Assembly: GCA_030265395.1 (NCBI GenBank)
Contig: JARFYF010000057.1
Coordinates: forward strand, 20,452,973 to 20,516,972
Reading direction: 5' to 3'
Length of the DNA: 64,000 nucleotides
Source: Rhina ancylostomus
Taxonomy: Eukaryota
This document shows, in pieces, positions 50,706 to 63,737 of the stretch. Numbering within the stretch: the stretch's first letter is position 1; every line of letters starts with the position of its first letter. A program made the translations under genes and the position numbers. The notes beneath the pieces were generated by a model. It did not search any database. It saw only the letters and a list, made by a program, of their open reading frames with translations, and had not been told where the DNA came from.

Positions 50706-53700
50706 AACAATTGGAGGGGTAGTGGAGCAGCCCAGTGAGGAATAGTCCAGACTGGGTGGGATGGAGCAGGGTGGGATGGATGGGGGGTGGATGGGGCGGT
50801 GAGCAGGGCCATGGTGGTGTTGGGGAAGGAGAGCCTACCAGATGGATTAATTTACATGAGCCTCACTAACACCCTGCTCCAGAATTGCCTGCTCAATTCA
50901 TGTTGTAATTTGAAATGCAAACAGAAAAGGCTCTGAACACAACATGGGTTAGTTGGCATCTGAAAGCAAAAGCAGGATTAAAAAAACATATTAGAACAAG
51001 AATAAAATCAGAAAATGCTGCTTCTCACTCCACAGATGTTGCCTGAGCTTCTGAATGATTTCTGCATTATTCTACATTTTTTATTTCAATTTCCATTGCA
51101 CTATTTTGTTCTGAATATCTGAGCAAGAGTAGGCCATTCAGCCCCTCAAGTCTGCCCTGCCTTTCAGTGAGAAGACAGCTGATCGTTAAGCTTAAATTCA
51201 CTCTTCTGCCTTATCTCCTTGGGGCCTGGGTCCCTCAATGTCCAAAATCCTATCAATGCCAGTCTTGAGTACGCTCAGCAACTCAGTATGCAGAGCTCTC
51301 TGGAGTAAAGAATTTCAATTTACAACTAAATAAATGAAGAAATTNNNNNNNNNNNNNNNNNNNNNNNNNNNNNNNNNNNNACTGAGATTGTGACCCCTTG
51401 TTCTGGATTCTCCATTCAACTGAAACAGCCCATCAGCATCTACCCTCACTAAGAATTTTATATGGATCAATGAGGTAAACTCTTAATTTTCTAAATTGTG
51501 AACAGTTGTGTTTCAGGATGGGAAAGTCCACTAGATTGCAAGATATTAATCCTTCGTTTCTCTTGCAGGCACTGGCTGCCCAATAGTGTTCAAGGTTCTG
51601 TACTTTGTTCACATTTCAAAAGGACAGAGTGTCTGGTCACTGATAATGAGATGGACGCATTAGCTTAAAAGTGTCTGAATGCTCAGGACTGTCTTCAGTT
51701 ACTCACAATGTTTTTAGTTTCAGTGAGCTAGACAATACACCTCACTGCATCCCAATGCCAATCAGCTCAATCATTCCCCTAATTAAAGAGCCAAGCTCAG
51801 CATGCTCCCTGTCCAAACATCAAAACGGTGGCTACTCAGACTACACAGCCTACTCATAGCTTATTAACAATGATGAATGTCACAAATTCCATTCACTCCC
51901 AAATGTTTCTTTTTAAAACTATGATGGCTTTAAAATCTGAAAAGAAAACAGAAAATAATGAGAAGTGTTCAGCAGGTCAGAAAGTATCTGGACAGAGAGA
52001 GAAGTAAGGGGCTAATATCAACATTCCAGGAAACGTGCTTATTTAACTCTCTGGAGTTAAGCAGTAAAAGAGGGGTTGGCGATATTGGAGGGTGAGTTCA
52101 CATGTGTCCCCATGTGAAATGGCTTTTCCCAACCATTGTATGAAGGAACATCCTGATTGTAATAGCCAGGTTAAAAGCCCTCTGTTAAAGCAACAGTCTA
52201 AGAATGTGACATCACCACCTCAGGTGTCCATCCACCAATAGCTTTGAGGGCTACTGATACCACTCGATGTCCAGCGGAATGTGGATTCTGTGTAGACTTT
52301 GGCAGCAGGAACTTTGGTGGGAGTTCAGCTGCCTAACTAAGGAGGCTGAAGTCTCTTCCAGCACCCTTGCCCCTTCAGAATCATCTAACTTAGCAATGAC
52401 TAAGTTTGGGACCAGATATAGTGACCTCATTGAATGCTGGAGAAGATTCGAGGGACAACCAGTCTGTTCCTCGGTTCCTGTGACTGTTTGGCACTGACAG
52501 TTGTCTATATTTTCCTCCTCTAAATGGGTATCATACCCTAGTGACCTATTGGCAAGGGAGAGAGTAAAAACAACTTGCTAGCTGGCCATTTGTCTGCATT
52601 CCTCAAACAAGTGAATGAGTACCGCTGCCTTTCTCCAGAACAAGTTAAGTCTGAGTTATTGATGTGCAGTGGAACACAGACAACACATTGTACATAGCAG
52701 CCTGCCTGTGACATGAGAAGGAAGCTGGCTACCCAGCTGTGCAATGGTTCTGTTTCCCCCTGTACTTTGAGTCTCTCTTCGGTTGGACAAAGAGAGTGAG
52801 CAACAGGACAGGTAACTTTTGCTGCTGATTACAGATCTGCTATTGTACAAACCTAAAAGCTGACCCAAACCTGATCCAACCACCATGAATTTAAACCCCA
52901 AGCAGTTTTAATTTTTTTCAAAACAATCTCATCGACCTGGTTGAGGGTGAAACCACAAATAAAATGTACCTGAAACTCGAACTTTCTGAAAGTAATTTTC
53001 ACACTGAGAAAATTGCCCTGACAGACCCAGTCAGGCTGCCACGGCAGAGCCTGACCCAACCTGAATCCAACTGTTTTATCAAAACCTGCATCCATGCTTA
53101 TCTGAACCCAATACATGTCGTCAGCCTTGTGGGGCTTGGGCTGGGTAACCTGCCTCTGCTGCAAACAGTTCCCTCCTGAGAATTGAGTTGAAGCCATAAC
53201 TCTCTCATCTCATGTTTCTTTCCAAAGTAAATAAAATCGTGCTGGGTGATGAACCACTGACAGGAGCCGAAAATAGACAAAGCCCCTCTGTTAGGCTTGC
53301 CTATAATAGGTCTGGGAAATGGCAACATTGAATGAACAAAATTATTTAAATTCAATTATGCATTTTGTTACACTAACATATGTAACATTGGGAATCTATA
53401 GCAAAGCCTCACTAATAACGCCACCGCCATTCTGGTTTCACACAATCATCTAGGGATGTACAAACACAAGAAGTGACTCCACTTCGCAAATANNNNNNNN
53501 NNGAAAGTCGAGGCAAGCTGTTTCTTTGGTTTTCCAATCCCTTGGGTCTTGCTTTTGGTTACAAATCAGGTAGTTTTGACTCTGAAAATGGATGCTGGCA
53601 TGGCTAACTAAGTGTAACATTTGTGTGTTTTGCATTTGTTTTTGCTTTACCCGTGTTATATGGGAGGGGTCAGGACTTGAAGCACGAGGAGAGAGCAGAG

Positions 53701-55044
53701 AATCACAGTGTCTTCACAATCCTAGCATTAGGCAGGTTTGATGGAACAACTTCCCTTTTCCCACCTTTAGTACGCTGTGCTTTTCCAATGTTCCTATTTT
53801 CCTGGCAGCACATAAAGAAGAAGAGCAGAGCATGGGTGTCTGGAGCTACTTCACCTTTCAAAAAGATTCTGGCAAAACTTTCTTATTTAATTTGAGGTTT
53901 TGCACTTTAATCATCTGAAAGAATGTTTTAATATTTAATTCCTTAATATTTGAATTAAGTGTCTAAATAAAAGAGCATTTAAAATCCGTTAATTTAGTTT
54001 GGTTACTACTCATAACTGGCAATACAAGGTGATGGCTAGAAGTTTTTACTTAGACTTTGTTTGTCCTGATGTTTTAATGAATTTAGTGAACTGTTAAATT
54101 TGGTCACAGCCAGTATCTCCCACTCACTGTCAACAATGTTGAGATTAAAGCAGTTAATTTTTGTATAATTTTTAATATGTATCTGGGGAGGTAAAGGAGG
54201 AGCTGTCATCATCGTGCCAGCAATTTATTACTGGTCAGGATAACATCAAGGGTGATCACAGAACAAATGAAGAGGCCAGCCTTTCAACTGCCCCATGATA
54301 GTTGGGACATGCTGTTATTAAATACCCTGGTGCCATTTATAACTGAGGGTAGGATCAGCATATCTAATAACACTGGCATATTCAACCAGTTCCCTATCCT
54401 TTATTGCCATCCTGGACTCTAATCCTGCAACACTTCAAGAGATGCATTGTTGAGTGCCAGTCCTAACAAATTGTTTGCTTGTGAAAGGCTTAGATTCCAG
54501 CCTGCTCTCTTTCGATTCACAACCTTCAATCTGCTTTTGAGTATAAGCATAGCTCGGAACAATCAGTAACATTTCATTGCTGGAGTGAGATGGGAAGAAT
54601 TGGAAAGTTCCCTGTGTCAGGTTTAAAATTGATTATCTTTGTTAGATCCAGACTAAGGAAAAATATTGACTTGAATTTTGTGGTCAGCAGTAAGCTGCCC
54701 CTGCTCACGGCTGATCTCTGGATTAAGTTCTTGTGTATCTTAAAGTTCCCTGTTCAGAATTTGCCGGACAGAGCTACCTCTGATTTCACCACTGAAGCCT
54801 TGCAACATAGTTGGGGCTTCTGTCTGTAAATTGCATCACATGGGTAGAAGGGTCAGACCAAGTCCAGCCCAGTGTACTGCTGGAAATCTTTGAGCTGGCA
54901 TCCAAGCTGAGCACCCAGCTAACATGACAGTCAAAACTGTCCAGACTGTTTTAAATGTCAAGAATGTACAAAATTACTCCAAAAATATTTTAAAATTAAT
55001 CAAATTATTTTAAAATAATTAAGAAAAAAATTAAAATATGTAGG

Positions 55045-55882
55045 GGAGAAATGTCAAGTACTAGAGGACATGCATTTAAGGTAAGGGGAGAAGTTTAAAG
55101 GAGATGCGCAGGACAAGTTTTTTTTTGTTTTCACAGAAAGTTGTAGGTGCCCGGAATGGTGGTGGAAGCAGATACAACAGTGGCATTTAAGAGGCTGTTA
55201 GGTAGACACATGAACATGCAGGGAATGGAGGGATATGGATTATGTGCAGGCTGAAGAGATTTAGTTTAATTCGGCATCATGTGTGGTGTGGACCAAAGGG
55301 TCTGTTCCTGTGCTGTACTGTTCTGTGTTCTATGTGTAAGTCCATTAAAAGCAACTTAAAACTATGAAAATGCTGACACCTTGAAACCTTGTAGTCATTC
55401 TCCTTCACTGCAATTAATGGAGAACTCTCTGTGGTGTATCTAAATCAATGGAGGTACTCCGTTGCTGGACTCCATGAGCAGTCAGATGGTGGAATATGGC
55501 CCTAGAATCACTGATGTTTGGGTCATCTATATTGGTTCACACATGCACAAAAAACCCAAACTCACTGGCATTTGCATGGAGAACAGCCTGCAGTTCCACA
55601 AAATCCAGTTCATAACTCTTTTGGTTAAGGAACTAGGATTGGAATTATATTAAAAGTTTTAATGAATTATTAAGTGCAAAAATACATCAATGTCAATCAT
55701 CACCTTAAAGCCTGATAGGGAGGTGGAGGCAAATTCTTTGCGGGTTTTTAAGAGGGACTTGGATGGGCACATGAACGAGAGGAAAATAGAGGGACATTCT
55801 GTAGGTAGGAGGGATTAGCTATGTCGGCACAATATTGTGGGCTGAAGGGCCTGTTCTATGCTGTACTGTTCTATGTTCTATC
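55045..55882 (+). mobile_element. Two CR1-type 3' ends (55045-55335 and 55715-55882)
   Basis: ACTAGAGGACATGCATTTAAGG...TGTGCTGTACTGTTCT(A/G)TGTTCTAT tails. Confidence 0.8.
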
Positions 55883-57469
55883 TCTGATACAACCAATATA
55901 CAGGACATCAAACTACCCAGGACTTTCTTCTGTTTGGGCTTCAGGGATAGAAGGAAGGGGAATTAAAAGGAGAGACGTGGAATAGGAACTGACTAACTTC
56001 TCCTACGTTACTTGATGGTGCAGAGGCAGCAGAGCAGGACAAAGGATGGGAGCAGAATGAGTAGTGTTAAACACCCCCAGTGAAATGTGATTGAAGTGTC
56101 TCTGGCATCCTGCAGCTGTCAATCAGAATGGCAGGAGAAAAAATCCATTCCATAAAATGAATCAAGCCAATCACTGACAACATAGCATTGACAACAAGCT
56201 CAACAAAGTGTGAAATATTGATTGATTTAATGGATTTTTAAAGCATTTTCTCTTCCATTTTACAATCTATAGCTCACTGAAATGTATCAGTCACTGAGAT
56301 TTATGTTTCTCTAAAGCAATAATATTTTGGCTGCATGGAGGTGAAGGGATGAGAGTTATAATTGGACCCAGGAGACCAAAAGCAGAACATCAGCAAAAGG
56401 GACAAAAAGTTTGCCTCGTCCTTTTAGTGTTCTAACTGCCCTATCTTAGTCCTTGAATATCTGCTTACTGGTTTATAGTCTACTTCAGATGTTCTCATGG
56501 GAATGAAAGGGTTGAACACATTCATGATGGATTTTCATGAAAGAGCAGCAAAGGATGTCATTTAGCCTGTGTCCATGTAGGTCAAAAAAGAGCTCTTTGG
56601 ACTAATTACTTTGGCCAGGTCTTAGTGTGTAGCCTTATAGGTTGTGGCACATCAACTGCTCATCCAGGAACTATTTATTTTTGAGCAACAAAACAATCTG
56701 CTGAATGAACTCAGCAGGTCGCGCAGCCTNNNNNNNNNNNNNNAGGACATTGTCAATGTTTCGGGTTGAAACCCTGCATCAGGAGCTGAAATGTTGACAA
56801 TCCTTTTCCACCCACAGATGCTGCTCGACCTGCTGGGTTCCTTCAGCAGATTGTTTGTTGCCCCAGATTCCAGTGTCTGCAGTCTCTTTAGCCTCTCCTT
56901 GCCTTCAGCCAGCAAGTTCCAGATCTTCATTCCCTCTAGTTGAAAATCAGTTTGTCCAATACCTCTACCCCGTATCTTAAATCCAAGTCCTCTAGTTATC
57001 GATCTTTGTGCTAAGGGAAGTAGATCGTTCCAATTCCCCTCATAATTTTATACACTTCAATTAAATCTGCCCTCATCTGTCTCTATTCCAGACAAGTCAT
57101 CTTCTCCAGTGCTGTCAACATCTGCCTAATGCCTCGATGGAGGTAACATCCTTTCAATGAAGTCAACAAGATATTGCAAATGGCTAATAATGATAATACC
57201 GAACATTTCTATCTCAGCCAGCCCACCTTAACCTTAGGACAGTATTCAGGCAGCTCAGTATTAGAGGATAGACAATTATCACTTTGAGTATAACAATAGG
57301 AACTGCTGTGATTTGCCGACTGTGGTGTTCTGTCAGCCCTTTTAACTCAGTCAGGATACATCATATATTCCGTGATTCCCAATGAAGATGTATTCCATTG
57401 AGCAATTATATCTCTGCAAGTAGGATGATCAATCTGCAGCTCACTATAATTAGAGATGGTATCACATTG

Positions 57470-58550
57470 AAAGAAAAGGTATATAATTTGCATAGATTAG
57501 TGGTAGGCCAGAAAATTTGGAAAAGTTTAGAAACCAGCAAAGATTGATTAAAACAAGAATGAGGGAGGAAATAGATTATGAGAATAAATTAGCTGGACTT
57601 ACAAAAACAGTTCAAAGCTTCCCTAACTTAATGGAAAAGAGTAAGTAAGATAAATCGGCCCTTACAGGAAGCAAACTAAGGAATTAATAATGGCAGAGAC
57701 TTTGAACAAACATTTTGTATCTGCCTTCATGGCACAAAAAAACATTAAGAGTATTTCAACAGGAGAAGAAAACACAGATGAAAAATGAGGGAGGAATCAC
57801 CACCACGAGAGAATAGGACTGAAGGCTGGCAGGTGGCTGCAGAAATGGTGGATGCATTGGTTGCGACCTTCCAAAAAGTTTTGGAATAAGGTGTTAAGCA
57901 TTTAATGCAGAGCTGTGGAGGAATTTCTTCTCTCAGAGGGTCGTATATCTTGGGATTATCTACCTCAGAACAAAAAACAGAAGGCTGGAAGAATTCATGA
58001 ATCAAGCAGAAGGTGCAGGTGTTTTGGGTCAAGACCCTGCATCAGGACAAAGAGGGAAGAGGACAGATTGCCGGTATAGAGCAGTATGTGGGGTGTGGGA
58101 TGAGACTGGTAGATGATAAGTAAAACCTGATGGGGAGGGGATGATGGGCAGATAAAACCAGGAGGGGGTATCAGTGTGGGGGATAGGAGAGGTGAACAAA
58201 GGGAGAAGAGAACTTCTGGTGGATGGGTGAGTGTGCGGGAGGAGAACACCAATGGTGTGGGCTAACCGAAAATAGAGTATTCAGTATTCATGCCAATGGG
58301 TTGTAAACTATCCAAGTAGAAATATAAGATGTTGTCCTTCCAATCTGCATATACCCCAGACTGCTTTAGAGGCATTGAATATATTCAAGCTTGAGATTAA
58401 TTTTTGGATTATAGAGGAGTCAAGGCTAACAGGGAACAGACAGGAAAGTGGAATTGAGACTAAAATCTAATCGTGGATAATCTTACTGAATAGTGGAGCA
58501 GACCCAAGGGGTCATGTGACCTATTCCTACTTCTATTTCTTATGTTCTTG
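57470..58550 (+). mobile_element. Decayed CR1-type LINE with a nested Penelope-like fragment (about 57970-58350, minus)
   Basis: CR1 sequence resumes after the insert; TACCTCAGA/TACCCCAGA flank it. The insert encodes ...EGQHLIF../SLQPIGMNTEYS, typical of the PLE ORF C-terminus. Confidence 0.7.
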
Positions 58551-59389
58551 TGTTCAGAAAGGGGAAAAAAAATCCAAGCTGATATACCACTGCTCTGCTG
58601 ATGGGGTGATGTACCACTGGAGGTGCTGTCCTTTGGAGCGCCCTTGTCTGTTTCCTCAGGTGGATGTCAAGAGATCAATTAAAGAGCAGGAGCTGTTCTC
58701 AGTGTCCTGCCATCAAAATTGTTGAAGTAGATAATCTGGGCATTGTCACATTTGTGTTTGTGGGATCTTGCTGTGTGGGAATTGGCTGCCATGGTTCTTA
58801 CATTAGAACTACGGATGCCAGTCTCCAACAATGGGCTACAATCACTGTGCCAGCCAGGGTGTAACTGTACCCCACAGCTCAGCACCGAGTGAGTGCACTG
58901 CTTGCCCTGGGCCCATCCAATGCCAGCTCTCACACCGAGCTGTGGGTGATCCTTTGCTGCCGGAATGCCAGCAGAGGGCAAGGGTCTGTGCCAGGTTCCC
59001 AGCACAGCAGCATGGAGGACAGGACTTCACATTAGGTTCCTGGGACAGTGGAACCCAATTAGGTGTCCTTTTTTAAAGTGCAGATGGGGATTTACCTGTC
59101 AATGCTTGGACTGGAGGATCAAGAGGGCCATGAGTTAGTGCTTGGTATCAATGTACATCATGTTGCCTGGGATTTCAGTGGAGCATTGCTTTGTCGGGGT
59201 TGGGTATTGAATCACTGCCTTCCTGCTCAGATAGTTGTCAGATACCCCAAGGCACTGTTTGAAGATGGATCAAGTTGATGTCTTGGCTGTCGATTAACAC
59301 CCAGTGTTATACTAGAGCAGAATAGCCAGTCAGTTATCCAAGTCCTGTTTTGAAACCTTGTTAGGTGCAAATTTTCTGCTGTGTGTAGA

Positions 59390-59760
59390 CGTTTGCTCTG
59401 AGTCAGAAGGATGTGAGTTTAAACTCTAATCCAGAGTCTTGAGCAGATTTACACCACAATGCAGTATTGGGAGAGTTCTGAGAGGATGAGACATTAAACT
59501 GAGAGACATTATTCACTCAGCGGACCCATGGCATGATTTGTAGAGGTACAAGGAATTCTTCCAGGTGTCCTGATAAATGCTTACCCTTCAAACAATATTT
59601 TTAGAACAAATTATTTGGCTATTATCACATTGCTATTTGAGAGGAAATGCAAATTCCACATTACAGAACCTTACTTTAAGAGTAATTCAATGTGGCTATA
59701 AAATGCTTTGGGACTTTCTGGGGTTACTAACAATGGTATACAAACCAAGTCTTCCTTTTA
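59390..59760 (+). mobile_element. DeuSINE-like SINE
   Basis: GCTCTGAGTCAGAAGG..GAGTTTAAACTC head; GGATGAGACATTAAAC..GACCCATGGCA..GGTGTCCTG core; AAATGCTTTGGGAC tail. Confidence 0.6.
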
Positions 59761-62025
59761 AAACATCTAGCCAAAGCATAAGTCATTGGCATTGAAGCAC
59801 TTAAGAGAGTGACACAAGCATTATAAATGTATTTTCTACTTTTAGTTTAACCATGCTGGCTACTGTATTACATTGCAACCACAAGTGAGGTTATTTAATT
59901 GTTTTGTTCTCAGTAAATGGGTGATTTAATAAAGTACATCTGGGATTGTTTAAGGACCCAAATCTTTTCCATTAACAGGTTTTCTTTTTGCAATGGATGA
60001 AATGGAAATCAAATTTTGAGAAAGCTCAGCAGCTAAAGGCAAAAACCCATCAGTTAATGGAAAAGTAATGCAAGTTATGAAAGATGGAAAAGAAGAATTA
60101 ATGATCAGTTTCCATTCTGAAAACTCAGTATCAGAATATTTGTAATATTTTGAAATATTTCAAATAAGTTGAAATATTTGTAAAGCGTCCATATGATTGG
60201 ACGTGAAGAAGAGATTGTAGAGGAGAATGAACAGGCATGATAGGTCTGAATTTGTGGTTACTGAAACATGTAAAGAGCTGTTGCTAGACATACATTATAG
60301 TGTTCATGTTCATTGTTACTTAAAACAAAATTTCATGGGAGTGATTATCAAGAAGAATGGTTGGAACTGACATGGAAACTGATCTTGTGTGTTGTTAGCA
60401 GCTGAGCTCTACTTTCAGACAAAGAAAAAAACTAATGGATTCTCATCACCAATTTTTTTGTCCCTTCTCATTTTTCCTAATAGTGTTGACCTCTGCTGTC
60501 TTTTTAGGGTGTTCCTCAATGTCAGAGGTGATTACTTCCATTCCATTTCTGTGGGTTCTGAGGTGACTGATGAGGTCTTTGTGGAACCTATTAACTCTGC
60601 CAGTGNNNNNNNNNNNNNNNNNNNNNNNNNNNNNNNNNNNNNNNNNNNNNNNNNNNNNNNNNNNNNNNNNNNNNNNNATAGGGTGCTTATTTTGGAAATT
60701 TTGTGTCAGGCATGCAAGTGAATTGGCCTGTCCTTGGAGTGTAATTGGAGCCTTGATGCTGGGATATTAGTTTGGGAGAGGATGCTAATATTGATTCATT
60801 TATGATTCCATAGGATTTGGTGAATTTTCTGGTAGTTTTGGTGTTACCTCTATGAAGTGCCTCCTGTGGGTAGTCCATGTTGAGTCTATACCTTTCATCA
60901 GAATCCACTTTAGAGATGTTGATCGAGGGATAGATGTTACTAGGACACTGGGGTCATCACTTTTTCTTCTCTTCAAAATCGTACCCTGTGACCTTCTGCA
61001 TCCACTTCACTTCCAACAGAACAGCACTGGAAGGTCAGGCTAGATTACATCTACTCAAGTTTCCAGAGCAGGTGTTGAACCCACAACCTTCAGCCTCAAC
61101 AGCAAGAACACTACCAACTGAGCCACAATTGACATGAAACAAGAGAGTGAATGTTTGATGGCCAGTTAGACACACAATATAGGCATAAATCACACCGGGC
61201 AGCTGAGTTAAGCCACATTTCAGAAACAGTAGAGGATTCTTACATGTTTAACAGGATCACTGAGAGCAGATGGACATCATCCAAATCCTGCTCCATGTGT
61301 CTGCACAAGGAAAGATGTTGCTGCAAAATTGCTTTTGGTAAAATGTCTACTGACTCAAGGTGACCCCAGAGGTCTCTGTGTTCATTCACACGGGAATACT
61401 TAATGCATCGAGGTAGCATCAGGTCACCTTCTGTCCTTTGTCTTTTTGCTGGCTGCTGTACACCCACACTTTTGAAAGCTTGTAAGTACTCAGGTCTCAA
61501 TTCTTTTCTTCCCCGCCCACCTCGAACCCTCCCTCTGATGTACAGAATACAGAGAAAGGATCGAATTGTGAAATCTCTGTCATCCAACTGCTACATGTGC
61601 CACTAGAATGACAGAGTGGTTCAATGTGGAGAGGTGGGGTGACCAGTAATACATTTAGGCTGGGGTCCAAAAGTGTGTGAGGGATCCTGGCTGGGAATAA
61701 CCTACACAAGTTGACAGGGCTTGGAGAACTCAACAGGGAAGCGATGAATGGAGTTCCAGCTCTCCAAGGTAATTAGTTCTTGTGGGCCAGAGAAACCAGA
61801 GTGCTCCCACCACCCTGGTGCTCCACAGTCACAGGTCAAAGATGAGCAAGCAGTATTCCAGTCCTCTGATAATCACCTAAGGTTAAGGACATGCAGACAT
61901 ATATGTTCACTCAATAATATTAAGAACCTCTACAGAAAATAAAAAACATTAAATTCTTGCACTTAAAATGGACCACTCCCCTCCCCACAACAGAATGCTC
62001 AATGCACTGACATCTTCTGCAGCCT

Positions 62026-62290
62026 TGATCTCCATCCTCTGCCCTCTCACCACCAGTTCCCTGATCTCCATCCTCCATCCCACTACCAGTTCCTCTGATC
62101 TCCATCGTCCATCCCACCACCAGTTCCCCTGATCTCCATCCTCCCTCCCACTACCAGTTCCTCTGATCTCCATCGTCCATCCCACCACCAGTTCCCCTGA
62201 TCTCCATCCTCCCTCCCACTACCAGTTCCTCTGATCTCCATCGTCCATCCCACCACCAGTTCCCCTGATCTCCATCCTCCCTCCCACTAC
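62026..62290. repeat. C-rich minisatellite, 34-bp unit with alternating A/B variants (68-bp period), truncated by a gap
   Basis: CCAGTTCCTCTGATCTCCATCGTCCATCCCACCA alternates with CCAGTTCCCCTGATCTCCATCCTCCCTCCCACTA. Confidence 0.92.
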
Positions 62291-62827
62291 NNNNNNNNNN
62301 NNNNNNNNNNNNNNNNNNNNNNNNNNNNNNNNNNNNNNNNNNNNNNNNNNNNNNNNNNNNNNNNNNNNNNNNNNNNNNNNNNNNNNNNNNNNNNNNNNNN
62401 NNNNNNNNNNNNNNNNNNNNNNNNCTCCAGCCCTTCTGATCACAGCTTCATGTCCCCGGCCTTTGGTAACCTTCCCGATTGGTGGACTGGTCAGCTGCCA
62501 GGCAGGAGGTGAAGTTACAGGAGGTCCCGACCTCCCCAACCTATCACAGATCATTAGCAATTCCTTTTATTTTACATATTTGCAGGGTGTGAAGGCTTTG
62601 CACTTGAGAAACCCTGGAAGTGGTGTTGAACCATCTTTTTGAATGAGTCCCAAGGCCTTTCCGATGATGGTTGCCCCTGGATTTAGGCCCAGCCCTACCC
62701 ATACTCACCTTGCCTCTGTGATACCAGAGACCAGGTAGTGTCATACCCAAAAGAAGAGGAAGAATGGTAGGCAAAGGTAGACTGAATAAAAATAACCCAA
62801 TCGTTCAAATAATAAACAAGTCCTTAC

Positions 62828-63737
62828 CGAGTAAGACCGGAGTGATTGCAATTATGTTGCAGCGCAGTGTATATGTCATTCGGCTAGTTAGGTCTGGACA
62901 GGGTGGGGGATCAAAGGGCACAAACAGGTAAAGACCATAGAGGATCCATGGTATAAACAGCAGAGCGACAAAGACAGACGATATGGCTTTAAGATGTGAA
63001 GTAGAGCAGTATTGGCAGCAGGGACAGCATTTCTGGCCTCCACTTGCCCCAGTGGCTGTCTCCTTTTGCGATGATTCTGCAGAGGCATTGCGCTCCGAAT
63101 CACTGGAAATCAGTTCAATGGTCTCGGCATCCGGCGATGGGCCCAGCAATGGCTGGTCTTCTGAAGCCTGGCTGGTGAACTTGTGTGCCTTCTCCAGCAC
63201 TGCAGTGTTCTCTACCCCTACCTTGGTATTGAAGTTCTGTGGGGGAATGGTTCCAGCTTCACCTGGCAATGATGGCTCAGAAAAAGACACTTTTTCATTG
63301 GGCAAGGTTGAAGTTTCTCTGGTGATGTCCACCGACACATTGTCTGGATGCTTGTGTTTATTTTCAGTGTATGGAAAGGTGTGGTTTCTCACTAGTTCCG
63401 CTTTAATCATGTTCAAACGCCCATCACTCAGTGCGGTCTGCTGTTTTGTGATCTTCTGGTGGGCTTCATTGAACTGAAGTCTCTTGGCTTTTGGAGCTGG
63501 TTCAGTTATGTAATCGATGTTTTCATCAGATAGTGAATGCAGTTCTTCCACAGATGATTCTGGGCTATCAGAGATGGGTGCCAATGTAATCTGGGTGTCT
63601 AGGTCCAAGAACGGAGAGAAGGAGAGGCGGCTGGGGTCAATGTCCTGCAGCTGGTTAATGATGTCAGTGATTGACTCCTTTACACTGTCAAATTCCTTCA
63701 GTTCATGACTATTGGCTGGTTGTCTTGGAGTAGTCAT
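62828..63737 (-). CDS. TMEM79-like first coding exon (long acidic N-terminus, Cys cluster, first TM)
   Basis: 910 nt from ATG to GTAAG donor: KCCPCCQYC...LKAISSVFVALLFIPWILYGLYLFVPFDPP...SRMTYTLRC. An acceptor at 63754-63755 implies an upstream non-coding exon outside the window. Confidence 0.88.

Noticed and set aside
53623-53895. ORF containing VFTIL, reminiscent of C19orf25
   Set aside because: Only a 5-residue match, with no further similarity or exon structure.
60000-60400. Purine-rich stretch faintly resembling a decayed integrase or transposase zinc-binding region
   Set aside because: Needs multiple frameshifts and cannot be supported without a tBLASTn or HMM search.
62026-62290. CRISPR-like regularly spaced repeats
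   Set aside because: Units are contiguous with no unique spacers, and the context is eukaryotic; this is a minisatellite.
62983-63708. Plus-strand ORFs of 164 and 63 aa
   Set aside because: Antisense shadows of the TMEM79-like exon.
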